From positions 160,001-224,000 of the forward strand of contig JBGSZS010000007.1 in assembly GCA_041750285.1 (NCBI GenBank): a DNA stretch of 64,000 bases, given 5' to 3'. A program made the translations under genes and the position numbers. Within the stretch, counting starts at the first letter, position 1. The number at the start of each line of letters is the position of its first letter. The notes beneath the pieces were generated by a model. It was not told the DNA's origin, did no database searches, and worked only from the letters and a program-made list of their open reading frames with translations. Of the stretch, positions 20,416 through 28,817 are shown piece after piece. This DNA comes from Candidatus Fermentibacteraceae bacterium. GTDB lineage: Bacteria > Fermentibacterota > Fermentibacteria > Fermentibacterales > JCC-6.

Positions 20416-21689
20416 CTGCTAAGCACGCGGTCGAGATCGCGGAAAAAGCCGTTGAAGCCGGGGGGACGCTTCATTCTTCGGCTTTCGCCTCATTCAACAG
20501 GGTTGCTTCGGTCCGGTTCGGGAAAAATTCGATAACCCAGAACCAGGATGTCGGGAGCCTCTCGGTCACCCTTACGGTCGGGGACGGCAGCAGGAAGGCA
20601 TCGGTGAGTTTCGAGGACACCAGTCCTGATTCCATGGCGAGGGCCGCCTCCAAGGCAAGGGCCCTCATGGAGGCGTCGCCCCCTGACCCCGAATACATGC
20701 CGCCTCCCGAAGAGGGGCAGGTCTACCCGTTCATCAACGATGCCATGGACCCTGAAGCTGCGGAATGCCCGGTTCAGAGAAGGATAGAAGCTGTAAGGGG
20801 GCTCATTGACACGGCAGACGGGTTCGGCCTCGAGGCCGGGGGGATCTGTTCCAATCTTCACAGCGTCATCGCGCATGCATCGTCCACCGGAAACCTCGCC
20901 AGCCACGAGAGGACCTCTGTCACGCTGAGCTTCACCATGGACAGGGGAAGCGCGTCCAGTTTCCGCCAGTTGCACCATGAATCATGGGGGGCGATCCCCT
21001 GGCGTGAAGCCTCGGAACAGGTGGCCCGTGAAGCGCTGGCCAACACCGATCAGAAGGACGCCGAACCCGGTGAGTACACCATCATATTCGAACCCCAGGC
21101 CGTGGCCGACATCCTTCCCTTCCTGGCTTGGAGCATGGACGCAAGAAGGGCCGATGAAGGCCTTACAGTCTTCAGCGGGATGCAGGGCAAACAGGTCTCC
21201 GGCGCGAGGTTCACCCTTCGTTCGGATCCTGACGGCCCCGCAAAAGGGACCCCCTTCGACAGCAACGGGGTTCCTTCCGGATACTCGGTGTGGATAAGGA
21301 ACGGAACGCTGGAAAACCTGCCCTGCGACAGGTACTGGGCGGCCAGAACCGGACGCCAGCCGCTGTTCATTCCGGACTGCCTGGAGATGAAGGGTGACGC
21401 CGGCTCGACGCGTGACCTCATCCTGGGGACGAAGAGGGGAATCCTCGTGCGAAGGCTCTGGTACATCCGTTTCGTGGATCAGAAAACCCTGGTGCTCACC
21501 GGCATGACAAGGGACGGCGTTTTCATGATAAGGGACGGCAGGACCGTGGAACCGCTGCGTGACTTTCGCTGGAACTGGCGTCCGCTTGAGCTTTTCGGGA
21601 GGATCGAGGCCCTGGGTTCAGCGGAGAGGAAATCCTACGCCTTCGTTCCGCCTGTTGCGGTGGGAGGGGTGAAGTTCCCCTGCGTGTAG
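20412..21689 (+). CDS. TldE/PmbA-like partner subunit
   Basis: PGEYTIIFEPQAV, LTGMTRDG; lacks HExxH; overlaps the tldD stop. Confidence 0.85.
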   Translation: MTAKHAVEIAEKAVEAGGTLHSSAFASFNRVASVRFGKNSITQNQDVGSLSVTLTVGDGSRKASVSFEDTSPDSMARAASKARALMEASPPDPEYMPPPEEGQVYPFINDAMDPEAAECPVQRRIEAVRGLIDTADGFGLEAGGICSNLHSVIAHASSTGNLASHERTSVTLSFTMDRGSASSFRQLHHESWGAIPWREASEQVAREALANTDQKDAEPGEYTIIFEPQAVADILPFLAWSMDARRADEGLTVFSGMQGKQVSGARFTLRSDPDGPAKGTPFDSNGVPSGYSVWIRNGTLENLPCDRYWAARTGRQPLFIPDCLEMKGDAGSTRDLILGTKRGILVRRLWYIRFVDQKTLVLTGMTRDGVFMIRDGRTVEPLRDFRWNWRPLELFGRIEALGSAERKSYAFVPPVAVGGVKFPCV

Positions 21690-21693
21690 CCCC

Positions 21694-22479
21694 TCAGTAC
21701 GGTGACCCCCAGTAGACCCTGAAGCCCAGCCAGCCCTGGCCCTCAAGCGGATCGATCGGGCGGTTGTCGAGGAAATGGTACGAGGCGAACAGGTCAAGGC
21801 CGCCGGTTTCAGTGTGGTGCCCCCAGAACAGCTCACCTTCCACCCTGCCCAACGTGGTTCCGTCCTGGTTGACTATGAGTTCGGACCTTGCAGTGATCCC
21901 GGCGCAGGATGACTTTCGGGCTGCGAGAAGAACGGTGGCCTCGCCCTCGATTCCCCAGTCGTAGATGTGCCCCTTCTGAAGACCCGTTCCGCGTGGGATG
22001 TAACTCACCGCGCTTATCCACCCCCTGGGCACACCGCCTTCGGGGAACCACTGAAGCGTGGGGCTTCCGAGTGGAAGCGGCGGATCGTAGACGGCGCCGA
22101 TCTTCACGTTGTTGAGGTAATGGCCGAGGGTGTCTGCCATGTCTATGTGGTGATAGCATTCATGTTCCGAGTAAAGCCGCAGATCCACGGGATCCACCCT
22201 GTATGCCCACTGGGACAGGATGGTCCAGTGGGCCTTCCATACGTGGAAGACCATCTCGGGATGGCTCCACTGCCTCCCCATGAACGTCTCGGTGGAAAGG
22301 CCGAAAGTCCATTCCAGCCCGTCAACGTCAAGCGTTTTCATGGAGCCTGAGACCTCTCCCCTCATGAAATGCTCGAGGGAATGCCGGAAGAAGTATCTGA
22401 GGTTGACCTCTCCGCTGGGTTCGAGGGGGAAGGAAACGCTTATGGAAAGCAGTGACAGAAGAAGCAGGGGAGCCGTCAT
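21694..22479 (-). CDS. Hypothetical exported, beta-strand-rich (possible outer-membrane) protein
   Basis: Short hydrophobic N-terminus; aromatic-rich alternating pattern; ends WLGFRVYWGSPY. Confidence 0.55.
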   Translation of the reverse strand: MTAPLLLLSLLSISVSFPLEPSGEVNLRYFFRHSLEHFMRGEVSGSMKTLDVDGLEWTFGLSTETFMGRQWSHPEMVFHVWKAHWTILSQWAYRVDPVDLRLYSEHECYHHIDMADTLGHYLNNVKIGAVYDPPLPLGSPTLQWFPEGGVPRGWISAVSYIPRGTGLQKGHIYDWGIEGEATVLLAARKSSCAGITARSELIVNQDGTTLGRVEGELFWGHHTETGGLDLFASYHFLDNRPIDPLEGQGWLGFRVYWGSPY

Positions 22480-23117
22480 GGGATGAACTCCGACAGGTTG
22501 ATGAAGGCATCCTGTCTTCCGGAGGCCATGGCCCGGGACAGGGCACTCACAAGAACGGACTCGCTCATGTTGCCTTCGGCGTGATACCTGCCGTTGACCA
22601 CCGTTCTGGGAACACCCATGACCCTGTGGGAGGATGCCAGTTCGGGATACTCCTGGGCCTCGATCACCGAAGCGCTGACCAGGGGTGATGCGGCGGCCAT
22701 CCTGTGTGCCAGGACTGCGGCACCCGGACAATGGGGGCAGGTCGGGGTGACGAAGACCATGATGTTCAGCTCCCCGCTCAGACCATCGATGAATGAGACA
22801 GTGGCCGGAGAGAGCTTCGTGCCCGTGCGCCCGGCGTCGATTATTGCCGTCAGCAGGGTGCTGAACTCGTAACCCGACGGAGTTCCCATGAAGCGCACCC
22901 GTCCATGCTCACCCACTGTGATAGAAGGGGGGCCGGTTTCAGGTGAAGGAGCGGTAACCAGCCGGATCCTGTCGGTGAGTTCAGCGAGCTCGCCGAGTAT
23001 GGCTCCGCTGTCGCCGGCGCCTTCGGGTGGGTGTGCGAGGGTGACCGAAACCGTGTTCTCCATGGTGGCAAAGTGCTGACGAATGGCATTTCTGTCGTCT
23101 TCAGAAAGAAGGGGCAT
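22476..23117 (-). CDS. Protein disulfide oxidoreductase (AhpF-N/PDO-like)
   Basis: GTPSGYEFSTL, FVTPTCPHC, VMGVP. Confidence 0.88.
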   Translation of the reverse strand: MPLLSEDDRNAIRQHFATMENTVSVTLAHPPEGAGDSGAILGELAELTDRIRLVTAPSPETGPPSITVGEHGRVRFMGTPSGYEFSTLLTAIIDAGRTGTKLSPATVSFIDGLSGELNIMVFVTPTCPHCPGAAVLAHRMAAASPLVSASVIEAQEYPELASSHRVMGVPRTVVNGRYHAEGNMSESVLVSALSRAMASGRQDAFINLSEFIP

Positions 23118-24073
23118 CAGTGTCGCCTCCGGTCATCAAGGTACTCAAAGGCCGCCCATGCGGCCCTGGCGCCGTCTGAGGCCGCCGTGACGACCTGACG
23201 GAAACCGTTGGAGGTCACGTCTCCCGCGGCGTAGACCCCGGGCCTGGAAGTTTCGACGATGTTCCGGGTGAGCACGGCTCCCCGGGCGTCGAGTTCCACA
23301 AGACCCCTGAAGGGATCAGTGGCCGGCCTGGTTCCCACGTAAAGGAAGACGCCGTCAACTTCGAGGTGTTCGACACCCGACGGGGTGTCGAGGTCTACAC
23401 CTGTGACTCCCTGTTCGTCGCCGGTGATGGCTTTCAGTGTTGAGTTCCAGCGGACCTCGCAGGTCGGGCAGTCAAGAAGGCGCCGTGCGAGCCGGGGCTC
23501 GGCCCTGAGGGTATCGCGCCTGTGCACAAGGACAAGACCGGAGACCACCCCCGACAGGTGCAGGGCCTCCTTCACGGCGCTGTCGCCCCCTCCCACCACG
23601 ACAACCCGGCGTCCGCGGTAGAACGGGGCGTCGCAGGTGGCGCAGAAGCTCACGCCCCTGCCGTAGTACCTGTCCTCCCCCGGCACACCAAGTTTCGCGG
23701 GTGCGGCGCCGGTGGCTATGATCAGTGTTCTGGCGGTGTAGGAGGATGTCCCGGTTCGAACCATCAGGTCGTCTCCCAGGGGTTCAACGCCCGACACGGT
23801 TTCGGTGGTGAAGCGCGCTCCTGCTTCGAGTGCCTGGGCCTTCATCGTTGCCGCAAGTTGTGAACCGGGTACCGAGGGAACCCCCGGATAGTTCTCGATG
23901 AGGGCCGTCAGAGCCGCCTGGCCGCCCGGCTGCCAGCTCTCCAGCACGATGTGGTCCAGCCCGTACCTTGCGGCGTACAGTGCCGCGGAGAGGGCCGCAG
24001 GGCCCCCTCCCGCTATTGCAAGGTCAACGGCCGAATCACTCCCGGGGTTGTCCTGCGGCAGATGGAACTGCAT
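23117..24073 (-). CDS. trxB: Thioredoxin reductase
   Basis: GGGPAA, CATCD, GGGDSA, AAGD. Confidence 0.93.
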   Translation of the reverse strand: MQFHLPQDNPGSDSAVDLAIAGGGPAALSAALYAARYGLDHIVLESWQPGGQAALTALIENYPGVPSVPGSQLAATMKAQALEAGARFTTETVSGVEPLGDDLMVRTGTSSYTARTLIIATGAAPAKLGVPGEDRYYGRGVSFCATCDAPFYRGRRVVVVGGGDSAVKEALHLSGVVSGLVLVHRRDTLRAEPRLARRLLDCPTCEVRWNSTLKAITGDEQGVTGVDLDTPSGVEHLEVDGVFLYVGTRPATDPFRGLVELDARGAVLTRNIVETSRPGVYAAGDVTSNGFRQVVTAASDGARAAWAAFEYLDDRRRH

Positions 24074-24077
24074 CCGG

Positions 24078-24419
24078 TCAGACTTTCCCCGGGGTCAGGA
24101 AACGGTTGGCGAGACCTTCGAGAGTCTTCCTGAGGTCACCCTTGTCACGGAAGCCGACCTGTCTGTCGATCTCCTTGCCACCGTGGAAAATGATCATGGT
24201 GGGCACTCCCCTGACCCCCATGGCGCCGGCCTCGGACGGGCTCTCGTCCACATCGATCTTGAAAAAGCTGACCTTGTCGGCCATTTCGGCGCTGAGGGCC
24301 TCGAGCACCGGATGAACCATCTGGCAGGGACCGCACCACGACGCGCTGAAATCCACCAGGGTCAGTTTTCCGGTGTCGGCCACCAGAGCTTTCATCTCTG
24401 CGCCCTTGATCTGTCTCAT
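24078..24419 (-). CDS. trxA: Thioredoxin
   Basis: DFSASWCGPC, VRGVPT. Confidence 0.95.
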   Translation of the reverse strand: MRQIKGAEMKALVADTGKLTLVDFSASWCGPCQMVHPVLEALSAEMADKVSFFKIDVDESPSEAGAMGVRGVPTMIIFHGGKEIDRQVGFRDKGDLRKTLEGLANRFLTPGKV

Positions 24420-24623
24420 GTTGATATGTCTCCCTTCGGTTCAGAGTGTGCAGACCGTATAAGCAAAACGGATACCCGGACCGTCAAATGCTTCAAGACA
24501 AAGACACCAAAGTACTTGCGATCCGCAGGCAACCACGGTGGTGCAGAAGAAGTGCCCTTTCGGCATACGGGGTTCCCTCCCGCGGCTGACCGGAGCATAT
24601 TGCCTTGGGAAAAGAGGAGCAAG

Positions 24624-26150
24624 ATGGGAGTTGAGAACAGGCTCGCCGTCGAGGAGTTCACGACCCTTGCCCGTGGCATCATCCTTCGTGGCTACTACAA
24701 ACCGGGAGGTGATTCCGGAGCGGGTCTGAGAAGGCTGATGATACTTTCCGCACCATCCCTCTACCCCCATGCGGCCGATCCCGACCGTATTGACCTCCAG
24801 GCACTCCGATACGTGCTTCAGAGGCTTCCCGACCGGATATGGGCGATCCGTGACTTCACCGTGGCCCGAAACATATCACCCATGATAGCAAGGGACTTCA
24901 CGCCTGTGACCACCGCAGCAAGAAGAAGACCGACCTACCGGACAGGTCCCGACAGCCTGGTGACGAGTTTCAGGGGTGGGATGAGCGACCTGTTGGATTT
25001 CATAAGTGCCATGACCTGCTATCAGATCGAAACCGACAAGATGAGGGAAAAGGCCGTGGCATGCTTTCGAAGGGAAGACACCGACTTCAGGGGACCATCC
25101 ATCTGGGAACGCCTTGCCGACCCCGGCACGGGTGAGACGAGGAACAGCATCCTTCACGCCCTTTCGGTCGAGTTCAGGTGCGGTTACGACGAGATCAGGG
25201 AACTCGATGACATCATGGGCGGCGGGCTTCCCGAATTCGTCTCCACCGTTGTGAAGACCGACAGCAGGGAACTTAAGGTGACGTTCACGGACCGTTTCGG
25301 TCTCGTCGGAAACTACAACAGAAGGGCAAAGCTCTGGGCTGCAGCGGTGGCCGATGCGGTCTCGGGCTCTCGGTGTGTCCATCTCGTAAGCAGCAACCGG
25401 CACAGCATGGCCAATCTGCTTTCTCCATGGGTTGCGGCCCGCATCAGGGATGGAAGCGACCTGAACCAGGTGAGAAGGCTCATGGAGGAACCGGACAACG
25501 CGCGGGAAAGGCAGATCGCCGACAGGGAAGCCGGCATCGAGACCGTGACGGTCCCCGACGACACGCCGTTCTGCCAGACCGCGAGATCCGGGGACTCCGG
25601 CGTCATACTGAACATGGATTACGCATTCGGCGAGGAGGGTTTCTTCCTGTTCAACGAGCTTTGCGAAGTCCTGGGGGAAAGGCTCGGCAGTGTGTTCATA
25701 CTGGGCAAGGCGGGAACGCTTACCGGCGCAAGGGGTGACGTCATGCTTCCGTCCTACTTCGTGAAACAGGGCACCGGTGATGTCTATCCCGTTGACAACT
25801 GCCTCTCTCCCGGTGATTTCCCGGCTGATTTCCCGTTCAGGGTCTTCGGGGGAGGGCCGATGCTGACTGTCGACGGAACGTTCATGCAGAACAGGGATGT
25901 CCTTTCGTACTTCAGGGACAACTGGAAGGCTCTCGGGGTTGAGATGGAGGGAATCCCCTACATCAGGGCCCTGGCCCAGGCGGTCCTCAGGGGACGGATT
26001 CCCGGAGGGGTGCCCACGGGTGTTGCCTATTACGCCTCGGATGCCCCCCTTCAGGGAGACACACTCTCCGTTCCACTTGGCGATGCCGGGTTGGTGCCGG
26101 TCTACGCGGCGACCAGGGCGGTCCTTTCAAGGATAGGGAAGCTGGGCTGA
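24624..26150 (+). CDS. Conserved hypothetical protein (DUF6909-like)
   Basis: RGYYKPGG, VSSNRHS, MDYAFGE, GKAG, EMEG; GAGGAG RBS. Confidence 0.7.
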   Translation: MGVENRLAVEEFTTLARGIILRGYYKPGGDSGAGLRRLMILSAPSLYPHAADPDRIDLQALRYVLQRLPDRIWAIRDFTVARNISPMIARDFTPVTTAARRRPTYRTGPDSLVTSFRGGMSDLLDFISAMTCYQIETDKMREKAVACFRREDTDFRGPSIWERLADPGTGETRNSILHALSVEFRCGYDEIRELDDIMGGGLPEFVSTVVKTDSRELKVTFTDRFGLVGNYNRRAKLWAAAVADAVSGSRCVHLVSSNRHSMANLLSPWVAARIRDGSDLNQVRRLMEEPDNARERQIADREAGIETVTVPDDTPFCQTARSGDSGVILNMDYAFGEEGFFLFNELCEVLGERLGSVFILGKAGTLTGARGDVMLPSYFVKQGTGDVYPVDNCLSPGDFPADFPFRVFGGGPMLTVDGTFMQNRDVLSYFRDNWKALGVEMEGIPYIRALAQAVLRGRIPGGVPTGVAYYASDAPLQGDTLSVPLGDAGLVPVYAATRAVLSRIGKLG

Positions 26151-26169
26151 TCACGGGCCCGGACCGGGC

Positions 26170-27582
26170 TCAGTACGCGCCTTCGCCCGAGAAGATCGCC
26201 GGAACCGTCAGAAGCAGGATTGCAAGGTCAAGCCAGATGCTCCAATTGTCCACATAGAAGAGATCGAGCTTCACCATCTCCTCGAAGCCCAGTTCGCTCC
26301 TGCCGGAAACCTGCCAGACCCCTGTTATTCCCGGAACGGTCCTGAGGCGCTTGAAGTCGCGTCTGCTGTACTCGTTCACTTCCTCGGGCAGGGGGGGTCT
26401 GGGCCCCACAAGGCTCATGTCCCCCACGAGGACGTTGTACAGCTGCGGCAGCTCATCGAGGCTCCATCTTCTCATGAAGCGGCCGACATGTGTGATCCTC
26501 GGGTCGGCCCTGATCTTGAACAGCGGACCGGTGCTTTCGTTCAGATCCTTCAGGTTCCGGCGCTCGCCATGTGCGCCGGTCTTCATCGAACGGAACTTGA
26601 CGATGCGGAACGGGATGTTGTTCTTTCCAAGCCTGGTCTGGGAATAGAAGATCCCTCCCGGAGACTCCAGGGCGATAAGCGCGGCGAACAGGGGAAAGAA
26701 CGGGGAGAGAAGCAAGATGAGAAGCCCGCTTCCAAGAATGTCGCAGGTGCGCTTCAGTATCCTCCCCGTTGTGTCGAGGGGAGGGGGAACGGATTCAACC
26801 ATGGTGTTCCCGGCCATGTTCACAAGCCTCGAGGTCAGGCTGACCATCGTGTAAAGGTCGGCGGCCATCCGGTACGAGAACCCCCTCTGTTCGCACTGCA
26901 GGAGTATTGCTGCCTGTTCGTCGCGTGAGAGGGACTGGTCGGCCACCACCAGGTCCCTGATCCCGTTCTTCTCCATCCAGTCCGCCCAGTCCCCCGAATC
27001 AAGGGTCGGGGTGACCACGGCCTGGGCCCGGGAAGACAGCGGTGCAACATAGCCTTCGACCGAGTAGTGCAGCTGGGCCCTGGAAGTCATGTATTCCGCA
27101 AGCTCTCTGGCCAGGGCGTCGGTGCCGTACATCACCACCCTTTTCGGGCGGCCCCTGCGACGGGCGAGGCTGCGGCTCAGGCGCCTGTACAGAGTGTGCC
27201 ACGAACTCACGCACACGGCGCCGAACGGCAGTGCGAACAACAGGACGAACCTGCTGAAGAAGAGCTGTCTGGTGAGGAAGGTGATCGCGAACGTGATCAC
27301 CGTGCCCATGAAAGCCGCCCTGAGGATTGCCGCCACCTCCTCGACCTTCCCGAGTCCGAACTCCCTGCGGTACGCTCCGAAGATGCTCATGAGGGCTATC
27401 TGCACGACTCCAAGAACCGTTCCGCTGACCAGGTAGTGAAAGCCCGAGAGCCTGAAATCGCTGCCCATCACCGGGGCGAGGAGGAAGTGCCTGACCCAGT
27501 ATCCCAGCATGAACATCCCCGTTAGAAGAAGCAGGTCGACCAGTGAAAGCGGAAGGGCCCATTTGACCTTTGACCGGTTCAC
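26170..27582 (-). CDS. Polyprenyl-phosphate sugar phosphotransferase (second copy)
   Basis: KFRSM, DPRIT, DELPQL, GPRP, PGITGVWQVSGRS. Confidence 0.93.
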   Translation of the reverse strand: MNRSKVKWALPLSLVDLLLLTGMFMLGYWVRHFLLAPVMGSDFRLSGFHYLVSGTVLGVVQIALMSIFGAYRREFGLGKVEEVAAILRAAFMGTVITFAITFLTRQLFFSRFVLLFALPFGAVCVSSWHTLYRRLSRSLARRRGRPKRVVMYGTDALARELAEYMTSRAQLHYSVEGYVAPLSSRAQAVVTPTLDSGDWADWMEKNGIRDLVVADQSLSRDEQAAILLQCEQRGFSYRMAADLYTMVSLTSRLVNMAGNTMVESVPPPLDTTGRILKRTCDILGSGLLILLLSPFFPLFAALIALESPGGIFYSQTRLGKNNIPFRIVKFRSMKTGAHGERRNLKDLNESTGPLFKIRADPRITHVGRFMRRWSLDELPQLYNVLVGDMSLVGPRPPLPEEVNEYSRRDFKRLRTVPGITGVWQVSGRSELGFEEMVKLDLFYVDNWSIWLDLAILLLTVPAIFSGEGAY

Positions 27583-28400
27583 GACGGGCCTGGTCCCTTC
27601 CCGATCAACGCGGACGGGTGTGAGGCGAAGAACCTGACCATGCTTCGGAAATGGAGCCTGGCAGCCCTGCGGGACGGGCCGGCGCTCTGTCTCCTGCATT
27701 CATGGATGACAACGGCTTCGGGCACGCGCCACACCTCCATCCCGCGTTTCCAGACCCTGTGGCACCATTCCACATCCTCGAAGTACAGGAAGTATGCTTC
27801 GTTCATGAGGCCGACGGTACTCCTGCCCCCGGGCGTGAGCCAGAGGGCCGCGCCCACCAGCCATTGAACGGGTTGCGCCTCATCGGCGTTGAACAGGCCG
27901 AGGTGTCTTTCGACGGCCTTCCTTCCGACTGACGTCCTTCCAAGACGCGTTCGCCGGGCAGCGATGCAGAGCGGCGAAGGCCACGTTCTGGCCGTGGATT
28001 GCAGAACACCATTCACGTCGGTCATCGCCGGCCCGAGGAGCGCGGCCCGGGGATGGGAAAGCGAGAAGCGCACGAGTGATGTGACCGTTCCGGGAAGGAT
28101 CGTGGCGTCAGGGTTCAGGAAGAACAGGAAATCCCCGCGCGCCTCTTTCGCGCCGAGGTTGTTCGCCCGTGCAAGCCCGATATTCTCACTGCCTGCGATC
28201 ACCCTGACGCCGGGACGGTTCGAGACGAGGTCCAGCGTGTTGTCGTTCGAGTGGTTGTCCACCACTATGATGTCGGCGGGCATCTCCCGTCCGGAGAGCG
28301 ACTGGATGGCATTAAGCGCGCGCTCGATGGTCTCTGCGCTGTTGAACGTCGTGATCACCGCAGACCATGTGGGGGTCATGTTCATCTTTTCAACCGTCAT
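27579..28400 (-). CDS. Glycosyltransferase family 2 (WbbL-like)
   Basis: VVDNHS, LNPD, FLYFEDVEWC. Confidence 0.9.
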   Translation of the reverse strand: MTVEKMNMTPTWSAVITTFNSAETIERALNAIQSLSGREMPADIIVVDNHSNDNTLDLVSNRPGVRVIAGSENIGLARANNLGAKEARGDFLFFLNPDATILPGTVTSLVRFSLSHPRAALLGPAMTDVNGVLQSTARTWPSPLCIAARRTRLGRTSVGRKAVERHLGLFNADEAQPVQWLVGAALWLTPGGRSTVGLMNEAYFLYFEDVEWCHRVWKRGMEVWRVPEAVVIHECRRQSAGPSRRAARLHFRSMVRFFASHPSALIGKGPGPS

Positions 28401-28414
28401 GGGGGTAATATGAA

Positions 28415-28442
28415 GATGGGGGGCGGAAAACCGCCCCCCATC
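28415..28442 (-). terminator. Terminator hairpin after hup
   Basis: 12-bp perfect stem GATGGGGGGCGG-AAAA-CCGCCCCCCATC, 14 nt after the stop. Confidence 0.8.
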
Positions 28443-28456
28443 AAAGGGACTCAGAC

Positions 28457-28729
28457 CTAGAGAACGTTCTCCTTCAAACCTTTGCCGGGCTTGAAGTGAG
28501 GCACCTTCTTGGCGGGGAAGTCAACCCTTTTGCCTGTGCCGGGGACTATGCCCTTCCTGGCGGCTCTTTCCTTCACGCTGAAGGTGCCGAAGCCCACCAG
28601 GCTGACCTTGTCGCCTGTCCAGATCGTCTTGTGGATACCGGCAAGGATCGCCTCGACAGCCTGAGCTGCCTGCTTCTTGGTAATCTGGGCCTGATCGGCA
28701 ACGTGTGCCACGAGTTCGCGCTTGTTCAA
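28457..28729 (-). CDS. hup: HU family DNA-binding protein
   Basis: NKRELV, VSLVGFGTF, FKPGKGLK; TTG start after AAAGGGG. Confidence 0.93.
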   Translation of the reverse strand: MNKRELVAHVADQAQITKKQAAQAVEAILAGIHKTIWTGDKVSLVGFGTFSVKERAARKGIVPGTGKRVDFPAKKVPHFKPGKGLKENVL

Positions 28730-28774
28730 CTTGCACCCCTTTCTGTTCAAGAGTTACGGACCGGTTTACCTGCA

Positions 28775-28803
28775 ACCTTAGGATGAAGGGAATGCCGTGT
28801 CAA
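28775..28803 (-). promoter_or_regulatory. Sigma70-type promoter of hup
   Basis: TTGACA-17 nt-TAAGGT on the minus strand. Confidence 0.75.
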
Positions 28804-28817
28804 GGGGTGTGTGGGGC

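Noticed and set aside
23898..24623. 5' extension of the 750-aa ORF
   Set aside because: Overlaps trxB and trxA antisense; a good RBS and ATG exist at 24624
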